Positions 1-10,417 of a DNA stretch of 64,000 nt are shown piece after piece. The stretch is from Ensifer sp. (GTDB lineage: Bacteria > Pseudomonadota > Alphaproteobacteria > Rhizobiales > Rhizobiaceae). The position numbers were made by a program, and so were the translations under genes. Each line of letters starts with the position of its first letter. Positions within the stretch are counted from its first letter, which is position 1. Where the stretch lies: NCBI RefSeq assembly GCF_035999135.1, contig NZ_DASYGZ010000100.1:4883-68882 (forward strand). The letters run 5' to 3'. The notes beneath the pieces were generated by a model. The model ran no database searches, had not been told where the DNA came from, and was given only the letters and a program-made list of their open reading frames with translations.

Positions 1-55
1 ATCCGCCAGCCTCGGCCGCTTCGACGAAGGCGGAAATTCCTCCCAGGCGCTCCAT
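1..55 (-). CDS. LysR-family regulator, N-terminal fragment (truncated by window edge)
   Basis: Minus strand reads MERLGGISAFVEAAEAGG, typical LysR HTH start; GGAGA SD upstream; divergent from oxidoreductase. Confidence 0.75.
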   Translation of the reverse strand, partial: MERLGGISAFVEAAEAGG

Positions 56-175
56 GATTGTATCTCCTTGAGAACCAATATGGCGAAATCTTATCGCAAC
101 TGGAGAGAATAATTCAACGCTATGGTTGCTTCATCAGATCAATCCCAGTGAAAGGAAAGAGCCGTGGCGAGACTG

Positions 176-1186
176 ATGAAGGAATGGGCGATCGACACTT
201 TCGGCGCAAAGAACCTCAAGATCGCCGAACGCGCCGTGCCGGAGGCGGGGCCGGGTGAAGTGCTGGTGCGCACGACCGCCGTGTCGCTCAATTTCCGCGA
301 CAAGCTGGTCCTGGAAAACGGCATGGGCATGCCGCTTGCCTTCCCCTTCGTGCCGGGGTCCGACATGGCGGGCGTGGTCGAAGCGGTGGGGCGGGGCGTG
401 ACCCGCTTTGAGCCGGGCGACCGCGTCATCTCCGTCTTCGATCCGACCTGGATCGACGGCCGGAAACCGGGAACCGCCCGTCACCCGACGTCGTATGCCC
501 TTGGCGGCCTGAACCCGGGTGTCGCCTCGCAATATGTCGCTTTCCCCGAGGACTGGTTCGTTGCCGCGCCCGAGAGCCTCGACGACGGCGAAGCGAGCAC
601 GTTGCCCTGCGCCGGGGTGACGGCCTGGTTCGCGCTGGTCGAGAAGGGCCGCCCAAAGGCCGGCGACCGTGTCGTCGTGCAGGGCACCGGCGGCGTGTCG
701 CTGTTCGGGTTGCAGATCGCCAAGGCCCATGGCGCCGAGGTCATCGTCACGTCGGCGAGCCAGGACAAGCTCGAGCGTGCGCTGGCGCTCGGTGCCGATC
801 ACGGCATCAACCGACTGAAAGAAGACTGGGCGGAGCGTGTCCTTGAGATCACCGGCGATCACGGCGCCGATCATATCCTGGAGATGGCCGGCGGCGCCAA
901 TCTCGGCAAGTCGCTGCAGGCGGTGGCGGTGCAGGGCCGGATTTCGGTGATCGGGGTGTTCGAAGGTGCGGAGATCTCGGCTCCGGTGACGCCAGTTCTT
1001 TTGAAATCGCCCGTCATCCAGGGCATCGGCGTTGCCCATCGCCGGGCGCTGGAGGACCTGGTCGGAGCGATCGACCGGACAGGGATCAAGCCGGTCATCG
1101 ATGCGCGCTACCCGTTCGAGCGCTTGAAGGACGCGCTGGCGCATCTCGATCGCGGCCCGTTCGGCAAGGTCGTCGTCGAGTTCTGA
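176..1186 (+). CDS. Zn-dependent alcohol dehydrogenase / quinone oxidoreductase (MDR family)
   Basis: SLNFRD, VPGSDMAGVV, QGTGGVS and GKVVV motifs; start 164 or 176. Confidence 0.9.
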   Translation: MKEWAIDTFGAKNLKIAERAVPEAGPGEVLVRTTAVSLNFRDKLVLENGMGMPLAFPFVPGSDMAGVVEAVGRGVTRFEPGDRVISVFDPTWIDGRKPGTARHPTSYALGGLNPGVASQYVAFPEDWFVAAPESLDDGEASTLPCAGVTAWFALVEKGRPKAGDRVVVQGTGGVSLFGLQIAKAHGAEVIVTSASQDKLERALALGADHGINRLKEDWAERVLEITGDHGADHILEMAGGANLGKSLQAVAVQGRISVIGVFEGAEISAPVTPVLLKSPVIQGIGVAHRRALEDLVGAIDRTGIKPVIDARYPFERLKDALAHLDRGPFGKVVVEF

Positions 1187-1200
1187 CGGTACAAAAGAGA

Positions 1201-1229
1201 ACGCCGCCGGATATCTGTTCCGGCGGCGT
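1201..1229. terminator. Hairpin between convergent genes
   Basis: ACGCCGCCGGA...TCCGGCGGCGT inverted repeat. Confidence 0.7.
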
Positions 1230-1251
1230 CTCCTGCAGTGGCGTGAGCCAC

Positions 1252-2565
1252 TTATTCGGCGGCCTGGCGGGCCATCGGGTTGTTCGGGTGGGTCGTCCAG
1301 TTGGCATAGTTCGGATCGACCGGCTTGCCGGTGCGCTGGTCGAGCGTGCCGGCCGGCAGCTCTTCCATGGTGATGCAGTTTTCGACCGGACAGACGTTGA
1401 CGCAAAGATTGCAGCCGACGCACTCGTCTTCCATCACCTCGAAGTGACGCACGCCGTTGACGAACTGCGTGATCGCCTGGTGCGAGGTGTCCTCACAGGC
1501 GATGTGGCAGCGCCCGCACTTGATGCAGGCATCCTGGTCGATCTTGGCCTTGGCGATGTAGTTGAGGTTCAAGTACTGCCAGTCGGTGACATTCGGCACG
1601 GCGCGGCCGGTGATGTCGTCGAGATTGCGGTGACCCTTGGCATCCATCCAGTCGGAAAGGCCCGAGATCATTTCCTGGACGATCTTGAAGCCGTAGGTCA
1701 TCGCCGCGGTGCAGACCTGCACGTTGCCGGCGCCAAGCGCCAGGAATTCGGCCGCGTCGCGCCAGGTGGTGATGCCGCCGATGCCGGAGATCGGCAGGCC
1801 GTAGGTTTCCGGATCGCGGGCGATCTCGGCGACCATGTTGAGGGCGATCGGCTTCACCGCCGGGCCGCAATAGCCGCCATGGGTGCCCTTGCCGCCGACC
1901 GTCGGGTTGGGGGCGAAGTTGTCGAGATCGACCGACACGATCGAGTTGATCGTGTTGATCAGCGACACGGCGTCGGTGCCGCCGGCCTTGGCGGCGCGCG
2001 CCGGCTTGCGGATGTCGGTGATGTTCGGCGTCAGCTTGGTAATAACAGGCATGCGTGTGTACTGCTTGCACCAGCGCACGACCATTTCGATATATTCGGG
2101 CACCTGGCCGACGGCGGCACCCATGCCGCGTTCGGACATGCCGTGCGGACAGCCGAAGTTGAGCTCGATGCCGTCGGCACCGGTCTCTTCCACCAGCGGC
2201 AGGATCGCCTTCCACGCCTCTTCCTCGCAGGGCACCATGATCGAGGCGATCAGCGCCCGGTCCGGCCAGTTCATCTTCACCTGCTTCATTTCGCGCAGGT
2301 TCACATAGAGGTCGCGGTCGGTGATGAGTTCGATGTTGTTGAGCCCGAGAAGCCGACGGTCGGCTCCCCAGATCGCGCCGTAGCGCGGGCCGTTGACGTT
2401 GACGACGGGCGGGCCTTCCTCGCCGAGCGTCTTCCAGACGACGCCGCCCCATCCTGCCTTGAAGGCGCGCTCGACGTTGTAGGCCTTGTCCGTCGGCGGG
2501 GCGGACGCCAGCCAGAACGGGTTCGGGGATTTGATGCCGACGAAGTTGTTGCGAAGATCAGCCAT
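1252..2565 (-). CDS. preA: Dihydropyrimidine dehydrogenase subunit PreA
   Basis: NPFWLASAPPT, ELNFGCPHGM, two C-terminal 4Fe-4S motifs (CIKCGRC, CVGCNLC). Confidence 0.95.
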   Translation of the reverse strand: MADLRNNFVGIKSPNPFWLASAPPTDKAYNVERAFKAGWGGVVWKTLGEEGPPVVNVNGPRYGAIWGADRRLLGLNNIELITDRDLYVNLREMKQVKMNWPDRALIASIMVPCEEEAWKAILPLVEETGADGIELNFGCPHGMSERGMGAAVGQVPEYIEMVVRWCKQYTRMPVITKLTPNITDIRKPARAAKAGGTDAVSLINTINSIVSVDLDNFAPNPTVGGKGTHGGYCGPAVKPIALNMVAEIARDPETYGLPISGIGGITTWRDAAEFLALGAGNVQVCTAAMTYGFKIVQEMISGLSDWMDAKGHRNLDDITGRAVPNVTDWQYLNLNYIAKAKIDQDACIKCGRCHIACEDTSHQAITQFVNGVRHFEVMEDECVGCNLCVNVCPVENCITMEELPAGTLDQRTGKPVDPNYANWTTHPNNPMARQAAE

Positions 2566-2583
2566 TGGTTTCTCCTCCCGATC

Positions 2584-3945
2584 TCAAGCGACGGCACTGG
2601 CGCGCGGCGCGGCCGCGGCGAACGCCCGGTTGATCGATTCAGCGGCATCGCGGCCCATGGCGACGGCCGAAACCGTCAGGTCCTCGCCGCCGAGAACGCA
2701 GTCGCCGCCGGCCCAGACGTTGTCGATCGACGTGCGTCCTTCGGCATCGGCAACAATACGGCCGCCTTCGAGCTGCAGCGCACCGAGGCCGGCGCCGAGG
2801 AAGCTCTGGCCGATCGCCTTGAAGATCTGGTCTGCGGCAATGATACCGGTTTCCCCGGTTGCCGTCAGCTTGCCGTCTTCAAGCGTCGTGTACTCCAGCT
2901 CGATGCCGGCGACCTTACCGTCCTTCTCGGCAATGCGCTTGGGCTGCAGCCAGTGGCGGATGGTGACGCCCTTGGACGCCGCCAGATCCTGTTCGAACTC
3001 GGAGGCGTTCATGTGCTCCTTGCCGCGGCGATAACAGATCGTCACCTCCTCGGCGCCGAGCAGCTTGGCCTGGACGGCGGCGTCAACCGCGGTCATGCCG
3101 CCGCCAAGAACGACGACGCGGCGGCCGACCAGGATGTCGGCCTTGGTCTTCGACTGGCGAAGCGCGGCGATGAAGTCGACGGCATCCTCGACGCCTTCGG
3201 AATTCTCGCCCTCGAGGCGCAGTGCATTGACGCCGGCGAGGCCGAGGCCGAGGAAGACGGCATCATATTGCTCGGAGAGATCGGCAAGGGTGAAATCGCG
3301 GCCGAGAGCCTGGCCGTGTCTCACCTCGATGCCGCCGATCGACAGCACGTAGTCGACTTCCTTCTGGGCGAAGTCGTCGACCGATTTGTAGGCGGCGATG
3401 CCATATTCGTTGAGGCCGCCCGACTTGGGGCGGGCATCGTAGATGACGACGTCATGGCCCTTGACGGTCAGCCGATGGGCGGCTGCAAGGCCGGCGGGAC
3501 CGGCGCCGACGACGGCAACCTTGCGGCCGGAGGCCTCCGCGCGGGTGTAGAACTGCTTGTTCTCGCGCATCGCCGTGTCGGTGGCGTAGCGCTGCAGGCG
3601 GCCGATCTCGACCGGGCGCTCCTCGGCGGTGTTGCGAACGCAAGCCTGCTCGCAGAGCGTTTCGGTGGGACAGACGCGGGCGCACATGCCGCCGAGAATG
3701 TTCTGGTCGAAGATCGTCTTGGCCGATCCGATCGGATTGCCCGTCGATATCTGCCGGATGAACAGCGGGATATCGATGGAGGTGGGACAGGCCGTCATGC
3801 ACGGCGCGTCATGACAGAAGTAACAGCGGTCGGAAGCAACAAGGGCTTCGTGCTTGTCGAGCGCCGGATGCAGGTCGGAGAAATTGCTCTCGTACTCCCC
3901 GAGCGGCAGGCGGCCGCCGAGGATCCCAGATTGTGTCGTTCCCAT
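2584..3945 (-). CDS. preT: Dihydropyrimidine dehydrogenase subunit PreT (GltD-like)
   Basis: RCYFCHDAPCMTACP, GAGPAGL, GGGMTAVD; directly upstream of preA. Confidence 0.9.
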   Translation of the reverse strand: MGTTQSGILGGRLPLGEYESNFSDLHPALDKHEALVASDRCYFCHDAPCMTACPTSIDIPLFIRQISTGNPIGSAKTIFDQNILGGMCARVCPTETLCEQACVRNTAEERPVEIGRLQRYATDTAMRENKQFYTRAEASGRKVAVVGAGPAGLAAAHRLTVKGHDVVIYDARPKSGGLNEYGIAAYKSVDDFAQKEVDYVLSIGGIEVRHGQALGRDFTLADLSEQYDAVFLGLGLAGVNALRLEGENSEGVEDAVDFIAALRQSKTKADILVGRRVVVLGGGMTAVDAAVQAKLLGAEEVTICYRRGKEHMNASEFEQDLAASKGVTIRHWLQPKRIAEKDGKVAGIELEYTTLEDGKLTATGETGIIAADQIFKAIGQSFLGAGLGALQLEGGRIVADAEGRTSIDNVWAGGDCVLGGEDLTVSAVAMGRDAAESINRAFAAAAPRASAVA

Positions 3946-3997
3946 TTTTGGCTCCCAATGTTTTCTCAGGATGATGGAACGGTAACACGCTTTATTT

Positions 3998-4015
3998 TTT
4001 TATCAAACGGTAAAA
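3998..4015. promoter_or_regulatory. Candidate RutR/PydR-type operator upstream of preTA
   Basis: Near-perfect palindrome TTTTATC-AAAC-GGTAAAA in AT-rich promoter region. Confidence 0.45.
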
Positions 4016-4127
4016 GATTGGAGCCGAAATGACCCGAAAGCCTTGTGATCCGGGACTTTGGGCCGGACCCGTCGTGCGTTGTTCTTCGTCGCTGTTTGAC
4101 ATGGCAGTGCAAATAGTGGCAGCAAAT

Positions 4128-4237
4128 TAGAGCGGGGTGAGGAAAAGTGTGCGCGGTTTTCCGCCCGCACCCCGCTCTACTTACGAGGGGCGATCAGGAT
4201 GCTTTTGGATCGACAGGATCCAAAAGCATCCTGATCG
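4128..4237. repeat. RIME-like intergenic mosaic repeat (two palindromes)
   Basis: TAGAGCGGGGTG...CACCCCGCTCTA (4128-4179) plus perfect 21-bp-arm palindrome (4191-4237); first part recurs at 12590 and 32939. Confidence 0.85.
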
Positions 4238-4257
4238 AGGGGGAACGGAGAATAGAT

Positions 4258-5211
4258 ATGGCGCGCAGGGGCGAGGCGAACAACAGGCTTGACGATGCTG
4301 CCCGGGCGGGCTGGTTATACTATGTCGCCGGCCGCACCCAGGACGAGATCGCGACCGTCATGGGAATTTCGCGCCAGTCGGCGCAGCGGCTGGTATCGCT
4401 CGCCATGTCCGAGCGGCTGATCAAGGTTCGGCTCGACCATCCGATCGCCGCCTGCCTCGAAGCCGCGGCAGGCCTGCGCGACAAATATGGCCTGAGATAC
4501 GTGGAGGTGGTGCCGAGCGACCCGGGTTCCACCTCGACGACGGTCGGCATCGCCGAAGCCGGCGCTGCTGAAATCGAGCGTTGGCTGAAGTCGCCGGAGC
4601 CGCAGGTATTGGCGATCGGCACGGGACGCACTCTAAAGGCGGCGGTCGACCAGTTGCCGCCGATGGAATGTCCCCAGCACCGAATCGTCTCCTTGACCGG
4701 CAACATCGGTCTCGATGGTTCCGCCGCCTATTACAACGTCATCTTCAGCATGGCCGATGCGGTGAAGGCCCGCCATTTTCCGATGCCGCTGCCGGTGCTT
4801 GCCGCCTCTGCCGAGGAGCGCGAGGTGCTGCACAGCCAGAGCCTGGTGCAGGTGGCACTGAAGCTCGGCGCCGAGGCCAATGTCGCTTTCGTCGGCGTCG
4901 GCGAGCTCGGCCCCGATGCGCCGCTCTGTCAGGACGGGTTCCTGGCACAGGACGAAATGGCTGGCCTCACGAAAGCCGGGGCGGCTGGCGAGATCTGTGG
5001 CTGGATGTTCGACCACGATGGCGCGCTGCTTTCGGGCAGTTTCAACGAGCGGGTCGCCTCGGTCCCCCTGCCTTCGCGCGACAAGGCCTCGGTCATCGGC
5101 CTTGCCAAGGGCCGGCGCAAATACGATGCGCTCCGGGCGGCAGTGAAAGGCGGCATCATCAACGGTCTCATCACCGATGAGGCGACGGCGAGCTATCTCC
5201 TCAACGCCTGA
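4258..5211 (+). CDS. smoC: SorC/DeoR-type sugar-binding transcriptional regulator of the smo operon
   Basis: AARAGWLYY...TQDEIA HTH, GTGRT sugar-binding domain, LITDE end. Confidence 0.85.
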   Translation: MARRGEANNRLDDAARAGWLYYVAGRTQDEIATVMGISRQSAQRLVSLAMSERLIKVRLDHPIAACLEAAAGLRDKYGLRYVEVVPSDPGSTSTTVGIAEAGAAEIERWLKSPEPQVLAIGTGRTLKAAVDQLPPMECPQHRIVSLTGNIGLDGSAAYYNVIFSMADAVKARHFPMPLPVLAASAEEREVLHSQSLVQVALKLGAEANVAFVGVGELGPDAPLCQDGFLAQDEMAGLTKAGAAGEICGWMFDHDGALLSGSFNERVASVPLPSRDKASVIGLAKGRRKYDALRAAVKGGIINGLITDEATASYLLNA

Positions 5212-5230
5212 TCGCAGCGCGTGCTTTTGA

Positions 5231-5255
5231 AAAGGCCGGCCTCGTGCCGGCCTTT
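5231..5255 (+). terminator. Intrinsic terminator after smoC
   Basis: AAAGGCCGGC-loop-GCCGGCCTTT. Confidence 0.65.
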
Positions 5256-5333
5256 CGCATGTGCGAAAAGAAAAAATCGGCAATCAAAACAATCTTCTAA
5301 TGTTTCTGTGTGCGGCGCAGCAACGAATGCGCA

Positions 5334-5390
5334 TTGACAATTCGTCACGAGAAATGAGTAATTGCCCATGAGCAAGGCAAATGCTCATTT
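5334..5390 (+). promoter_or_regulatory. smoE sigma70 promoter with overlapping inverted-repeat operator
   Basis: TTGACA 5334-5339, N17, AGTAAT; 15-bp arms AAATGAGTAATTGCC / GGCAAATGCTCATTT at 5352-5390. Confidence 0.6.
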
Positions 5391-5408
5391 TCTTCTGGGA
5401 GGAAGTCG

Positions 5409-6719
5409 ATGAATTTGAGAACTTTCCTGCTGGGCACGTGCTCGGCAGTCGCGATGTCGGGTCTGGCCCAAGCAGAAACCCTGACGATTGCGACCGTGAA
5501 CAACGCCGACATGATCCGCATGCAGAAGCTGACGGATGATTTCACGGCCAAGAATCCGGACATCCAGGTCGAGTGGGTGACGCTCGAGGAAAACGTCCTG
5601 CGCCAGCGCGTGACGACGGATATCGCCACCAAGGGTGGGCAGTACGACATCATGACGATCGGCACCTACGAAGCGCCGATCTGGGCGAAGCAGGGCTGGC
5701 TGGTGCCGCTCGACAACCTTGGCGCCGACTATGACGTCGACGACCTGCTGCCGGCGATCCGCTCGGGCGTGAGCATCGACGGCAAGCTTTATGCGGCACC
5801 GTTCTACGGCGAAAGCTCGATGGTGATGTACCGCAAGGACCTGTTCGAAAAGGCCGGGCTCACCATGCCCGACGCGCCGACCTGGGACTTCATTGCCGAC
5901 GCGGCTCGTAAAATCACCGACAAGAACGCCGAAGTCTATGGCATCTGCCTGCGCGGCAAGGCCGGCTGGGGCGAGAACATGGCCTTCCTGACGGCGACCG
6001 CCAACGCCTTCGGCGCCCGCTGGTTCGACGAGAACTGGAAGCCGCAGTTCGACCAGCCGGAATGGAAGAACGCGCTCGACTTCTACGTCAAGCTGATGAA
6101 CGACGCCGGACCGCCCGGCGCCTCCTCCAACGGCTTCAACGAGAACCTGTCGCTGTTCCAGACCGGTAAGTGCGGCATGTGGATCGATGCGACGGTGGCC
6201 GCATCCTTCGTCACCAACCCGAAGGAATCGACCGTTGCCGACAAGGTCGGCTTCGCGCTCGCTCCCGACACCGGGCTTGGCAAGCGTGGCAACTGGCTCT
6301 GGGCCTGGAACCTCGCGGTCCCCGCGGGCTCGCAGAAGGTGGCAGCGGCAGAGAAGTTCATCGCCTGGGCAACCGGCAAGGACTACCTGAAGCTCGTCGC
6401 CGACAAGGAAGGCTGGGCCAACGTTCCTCCGGGCACGCGCACCTCGCTCTACGCCAACCCTGATTACCAGAAGGCGGCGCCGTTTGCGAAGATGACGCTC
6501 GACTCGATCAACGCGGCTGACCCGAAGAACCCGGCTGTAAAGCCCGTTCCCTATGTCGGCGTGCAGTTCGTTGCGATCCCGGAATTCCAGGGTATCGGCA
6601 CGGCGGTCGGGCAGCAGTTCTCCGCAGCACTTGCCGGCCAGACGAGCGTCGACCAGGCGCTTGCCAGCGCCCAGCAGCTCACCGAGCGTGAGATGACCAA
6701 GGCCGGCTACATCAAGTGA
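5409..6719 (+). CDS. smoE: Sorbitol/mannitol ABC transporter substrate-binding protein
   Basis: Signal peptide, TLTIATVNNADM, CUT1 binding-protein features. Confidence 0.9.
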   Translation: MNLRTFLLGTCSAVAMSGLAQAETLTIATVNNADMIRMQKLTDDFTAKNPDIQVEWVTLEENVLRQRVTTDIATKGGQYDIMTIGTYEAPIWAKQGWLVPLDNLGADYDVDDLLPAIRSGVSIDGKLYAAPFYGESSMVMYRKDLFEKAGLTMPDAPTWDFIADAARKITDKNAEVYGICLRGKAGWGENMAFLTATANAFGARWFDENWKPQFDQPEWKNALDFYVKLMNDAGPPGASSNGFNENLSLFQTGKCGMWIDATVAASFVTNPKESTVADKVGFALAPDTGLGKRGNWLWAWNLAVPAGSQKVAAAEKFIAWATGKDYLKLVADKEGWANVPPGTRTSLYANPDYQKAAPFAKMTLDSINAADPKNPAVKPVPYVGVQFVAIPEFQGIGTAVGQQFSAALAGQTSVDQALASAQQLTEREMTKAGYIK

Positions 6720-6881
6720 GGCTCCCAAGGGCCCGGGGTGCTGGCCGAGAATGGCTGGCGCCCCGGTATTTCTCCTCCGGGGCGCTCTCCCGGGGGATGT
6801 TACGCGGCGCGTGCGGTGACCCCACGCGCGCCCGGTCCGAGCTCTCGATAACGCGTTGAATTCCATCATTTGGGGGACGCC

Positions 6882-7754
6882 ATGGCGACCTTGCACACAC
6901 GCTCCGCCGCGCGGCTGATGATCGCGCCTTCGGTGCTTCTGCTTCTGGCCTGGATGATCGTTCCCCTGGCCATGACGATCTACTTCTCGTTCCTGCGCTA
7001 CAATCTCCTGATGCCGGGCATGGAAGAGTTCGCCGGGTTTTCGAACTACAGTTACTTCCTCACCGATCCGGCCTTCTTCCAGGCGATCTTCAACACGCTC
7101 GCGATCGTGCTCGGGGTGCTGTTCATCACCGTCGTCGGCGGCATCGCGCTGGCGCTGCTTCTCGACCAGCCGATGTTCGGGCAGGGGATCGTGCGCATTC
7201 TGGTGATCGCGCCCTTCCTGATCATGCCGACGGTGGCAGCGCTCATCTGGAAGAACATGTTCATGAACCCGGTCAACGGGCTGTTCGCGTGGATCGCGAA
7301 GCTCTTCGGGCTCCAACCCTTCGACTTTCTCGCCAATGCGCCGTTGATGTCGGTGATCCTGATCGTCGCCTGGCAGTGGCTGCCCTTTGCGACGCTGATC
7401 CTTTTGACGGCGTTGCAGTCGCTCGACGAGGAACAGAAGGAAGCGGCACAAATGGATGGCGCCGGCGCCTTTAGCCGCTTCATCTATCTGGTGTTGCCGC
7501 ATCTGTCCCGCGCCATCACCGTCGTCATCCTCATCCAGACGATCTTCCTGCTCTCGGTCTTTGCCGAGATCCTGGTGACCACCAATGGCGGCCCGGGCAC
7601 GCAGAGCACCAACCTGACCTTCCTCGTCTATGCGCAGGCCCTGCTGCAATTCGACGTGGGCGGCGCGTCCGCCGGCGGCATCATCGCCGTCATCCTCGCC
7701 AACATCGTCGCGTTCTTCCTGATGCGCATGATTGGCAAGACGCTGGAGGCTTGA
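6882..7754 (+). CDS. smoF: Polyol ABC permease
   Basis: Multiple TM segments, EAAQMDGA loop. Confidence 0.9.
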   Translation: MATLHTRSAARLMIAPSVLLLLAWMIVPLAMTIYFSFLRYNLLMPGMEEFAGFSNYSYFLTDPAFFQAIFNTLAIVLGVLFITVVGGIALALLLDQPMFGQGIVRILVIAPFLIMPTVAALIWKNMFMNPVNGLFAWIAKLFGLQPFDFLANAPLMSVILIVAWQWLPFATLILLTALQSLDEEQKEAAQMDGAGAFSRFIYLVLPHLSRAITVVILIQTIFLLSVFAEILVTTNGGPGTQSTNLTFLVYAQALLQFDVGGASAGGIIAVILANIVAFFLMRMIGKTLEA

Positions 7755-7759
7755 GAACC

Positions 7760-8590
7760 ATGGCACGCAACGTCTCCACCCAAAGAAAGATCGTCGTCAC
7801 CGTCGTCGCCTGGACGATTGGCATCCTGATCTTCTTCCCGATCCTCTGGACGTTCCTGACGAGCTTCAAGACCGAGGCGGAAGCGATCGCCTCGCCGCCG
7901 TCGCTGTTCTTCTTCGACTGGACAACGGAGAACTATCACGAGGTTCAAAGCCGCTCGAACTACTTCCTGCACTTCATGAACTCGGTCGTCATCTCCTTCG
8001 GCTCGACGCTGATCGGGCTCATCATCGCCATTCCATCCGCCTGGGCGATGGCGTTCTCGCCGACGAAGCGCACCAAGGACGTGCTGATGTGGATGCTCTC
8101 CACCAAGATGATGCCGTCGGTCGGCGTGCTGGTGCCGATGTATCTGATGTTCCGCAACACCGGGCTGCTTGATACGCGCACCGGCCTCGTCATCGTGCTG
8201 ACGCTGATCAACCTGCCGATCATCATCTGGATGCTCTACACATACTTCAAGGAGATCCCCGGCGAGATCCTGGAAGCCGCCCGCATGGATGGCGCCTCGC
8301 TCTCCAAGGAGATCATCTACGTGCTGACGCCGATGGCGATCCCCGGCATCGCCTCGACGCTTCTGCTCAACATCATCCTTGCCTGGAACGAAGCGTTCTG
8401 GACGCTGAACCTCAGCGCCGCCAAGGCAGCGCCACTAACGACCTTCATCGCCTCCTATTCAAGTCCGGAAGGCCTGTTCTACGCCAAGCTCTCGGCCGCC
8501 TCGACCATGGCGATCGCCCCCATCCTCATACTCGGCTGGTTCTCGCAAAAGCAGCTCGTGCGCGGCCTCACCTTCGGCGCGGTCAAATAA
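7760..8590 (+). CDS. smoG: Polyol ABC permease
   Basis: EAARMDGA loop, GLTFGAVK C-terminus. Confidence 0.9.
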   Translation: MARNVSTQRKIVVTVVAWTIGILIFFPILWTFLTSFKTEAEAIASPPSLFFFDWTTENYHEVQSRSNYFLHFMNSVVISFGSTLIGLIIAIPSAWAMAFSPTKRTKDVLMWMLSTKMMPSVGVLVPMYLMFRNTGLLDTRTGLVIVLTLINLPIIIWMLYTYFKEIPGEILEAARMDGASLSKEIIYVLTPMAIPGIASTLLLNIILAWNEAFWTLNLSAAKAAPLTTFIASYSSPEGLFYAKLSAASTMAIAPILILGWFSQKQLVRGLTFGAVK

Positions 8591-8601
8591 GGGATACGAC
8601 A

Positions 8602-9602
<1,001 letters not shown>

Positions 9603-9606
<4 letters not shown>

Positions 9607-10376
9607 AACGGCTCGAGGGAAAGAGCGCGCTGATCACCGGGTCGGCGCGAGGGATCGGTCGCGCCTTCGCGGAGGCCTATATCGGCGAGGGCGCCACGGT
9701 CGCGATCGCCGATATCAACATCGAGCGGGCGCGCGAGACGGCGGCCGAGATCGGCGCCGGCGCCTATGCGGTCGAGATGGACGTCACGCAACAGGCCTCG
9801 ATCGACGAGGCGATCGCCGCCGTCGTCCGGCAGGCGGGTGGGCTCGACATCCTCGTCAACAACGCCGCACTCTTCGACCTTGCGCCGATCGTCGAGATCA
9901 GCCGTCAGAGCTACGACCGGCTGTTTGCGATCAATGTTTCGGGAACGCTGTTCACGATGCAGGCCGCAGCCCGGCAGATGATCGACCAGGGCCGGGGCGG
10001 CAAGATCATCAACATGGCAAGCCAGGCGGGCAGGCGAGGCGAGGCGCTGGTTGCGGTCTACTGCGCCACCAAGGCGGCCGTCATCAGCCTCACCCAATCT
10101 GCCGGCCTCGGCCTCATCAAGCACGGCATCAATGTCAATGCGATCGCACCCGGTGTGGTCGACGGCGAGCACTGGGACGGCGTCGATGCGCTGTTTGCCA
10201 AGTATGAAAACCGCCCGCTCGGCGAAAAGAAGCGGCTCGTCGGTGCCGAAGTGCCGTTCGGGCGCATGGGAACGGCAGAGGACCTGACGGGCATGGCGAT
10301 CTTCCTCGCTTCGGCCGAGAGCGATTACGTCGTGTCGCAGACCTACAACGTCGACGGCGGCAACTGGATGAGCTGA
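9603..10376 (+). CDS. smoS: Sorbitol/L-iditol dehydrogenase (SDR)
   Basis: [22 protein letters not shown]. Confidence 0.9.
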
Positions 10377-10417
10377 GCCTGCGCCAGCCGGTGAAGCTTC
10401 GAAAAGGATACGGGATC

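Noticed and set aside
1243-4032. 929-aa plus-strand ORF
   Set aside because: Antisense shadow of preA/preT
6720-6870. GC-rich stem-loops after smoE (similar after thuE, ~31010-31060)
   Set aside because: Typical mRNA-stabilising hairpins after binding-protein genes; no repeat family or riboswitch recognised
5385-7766. 793-aa minus-strand ORF
   Set aside because: Antisense shadow of smoE/smoF
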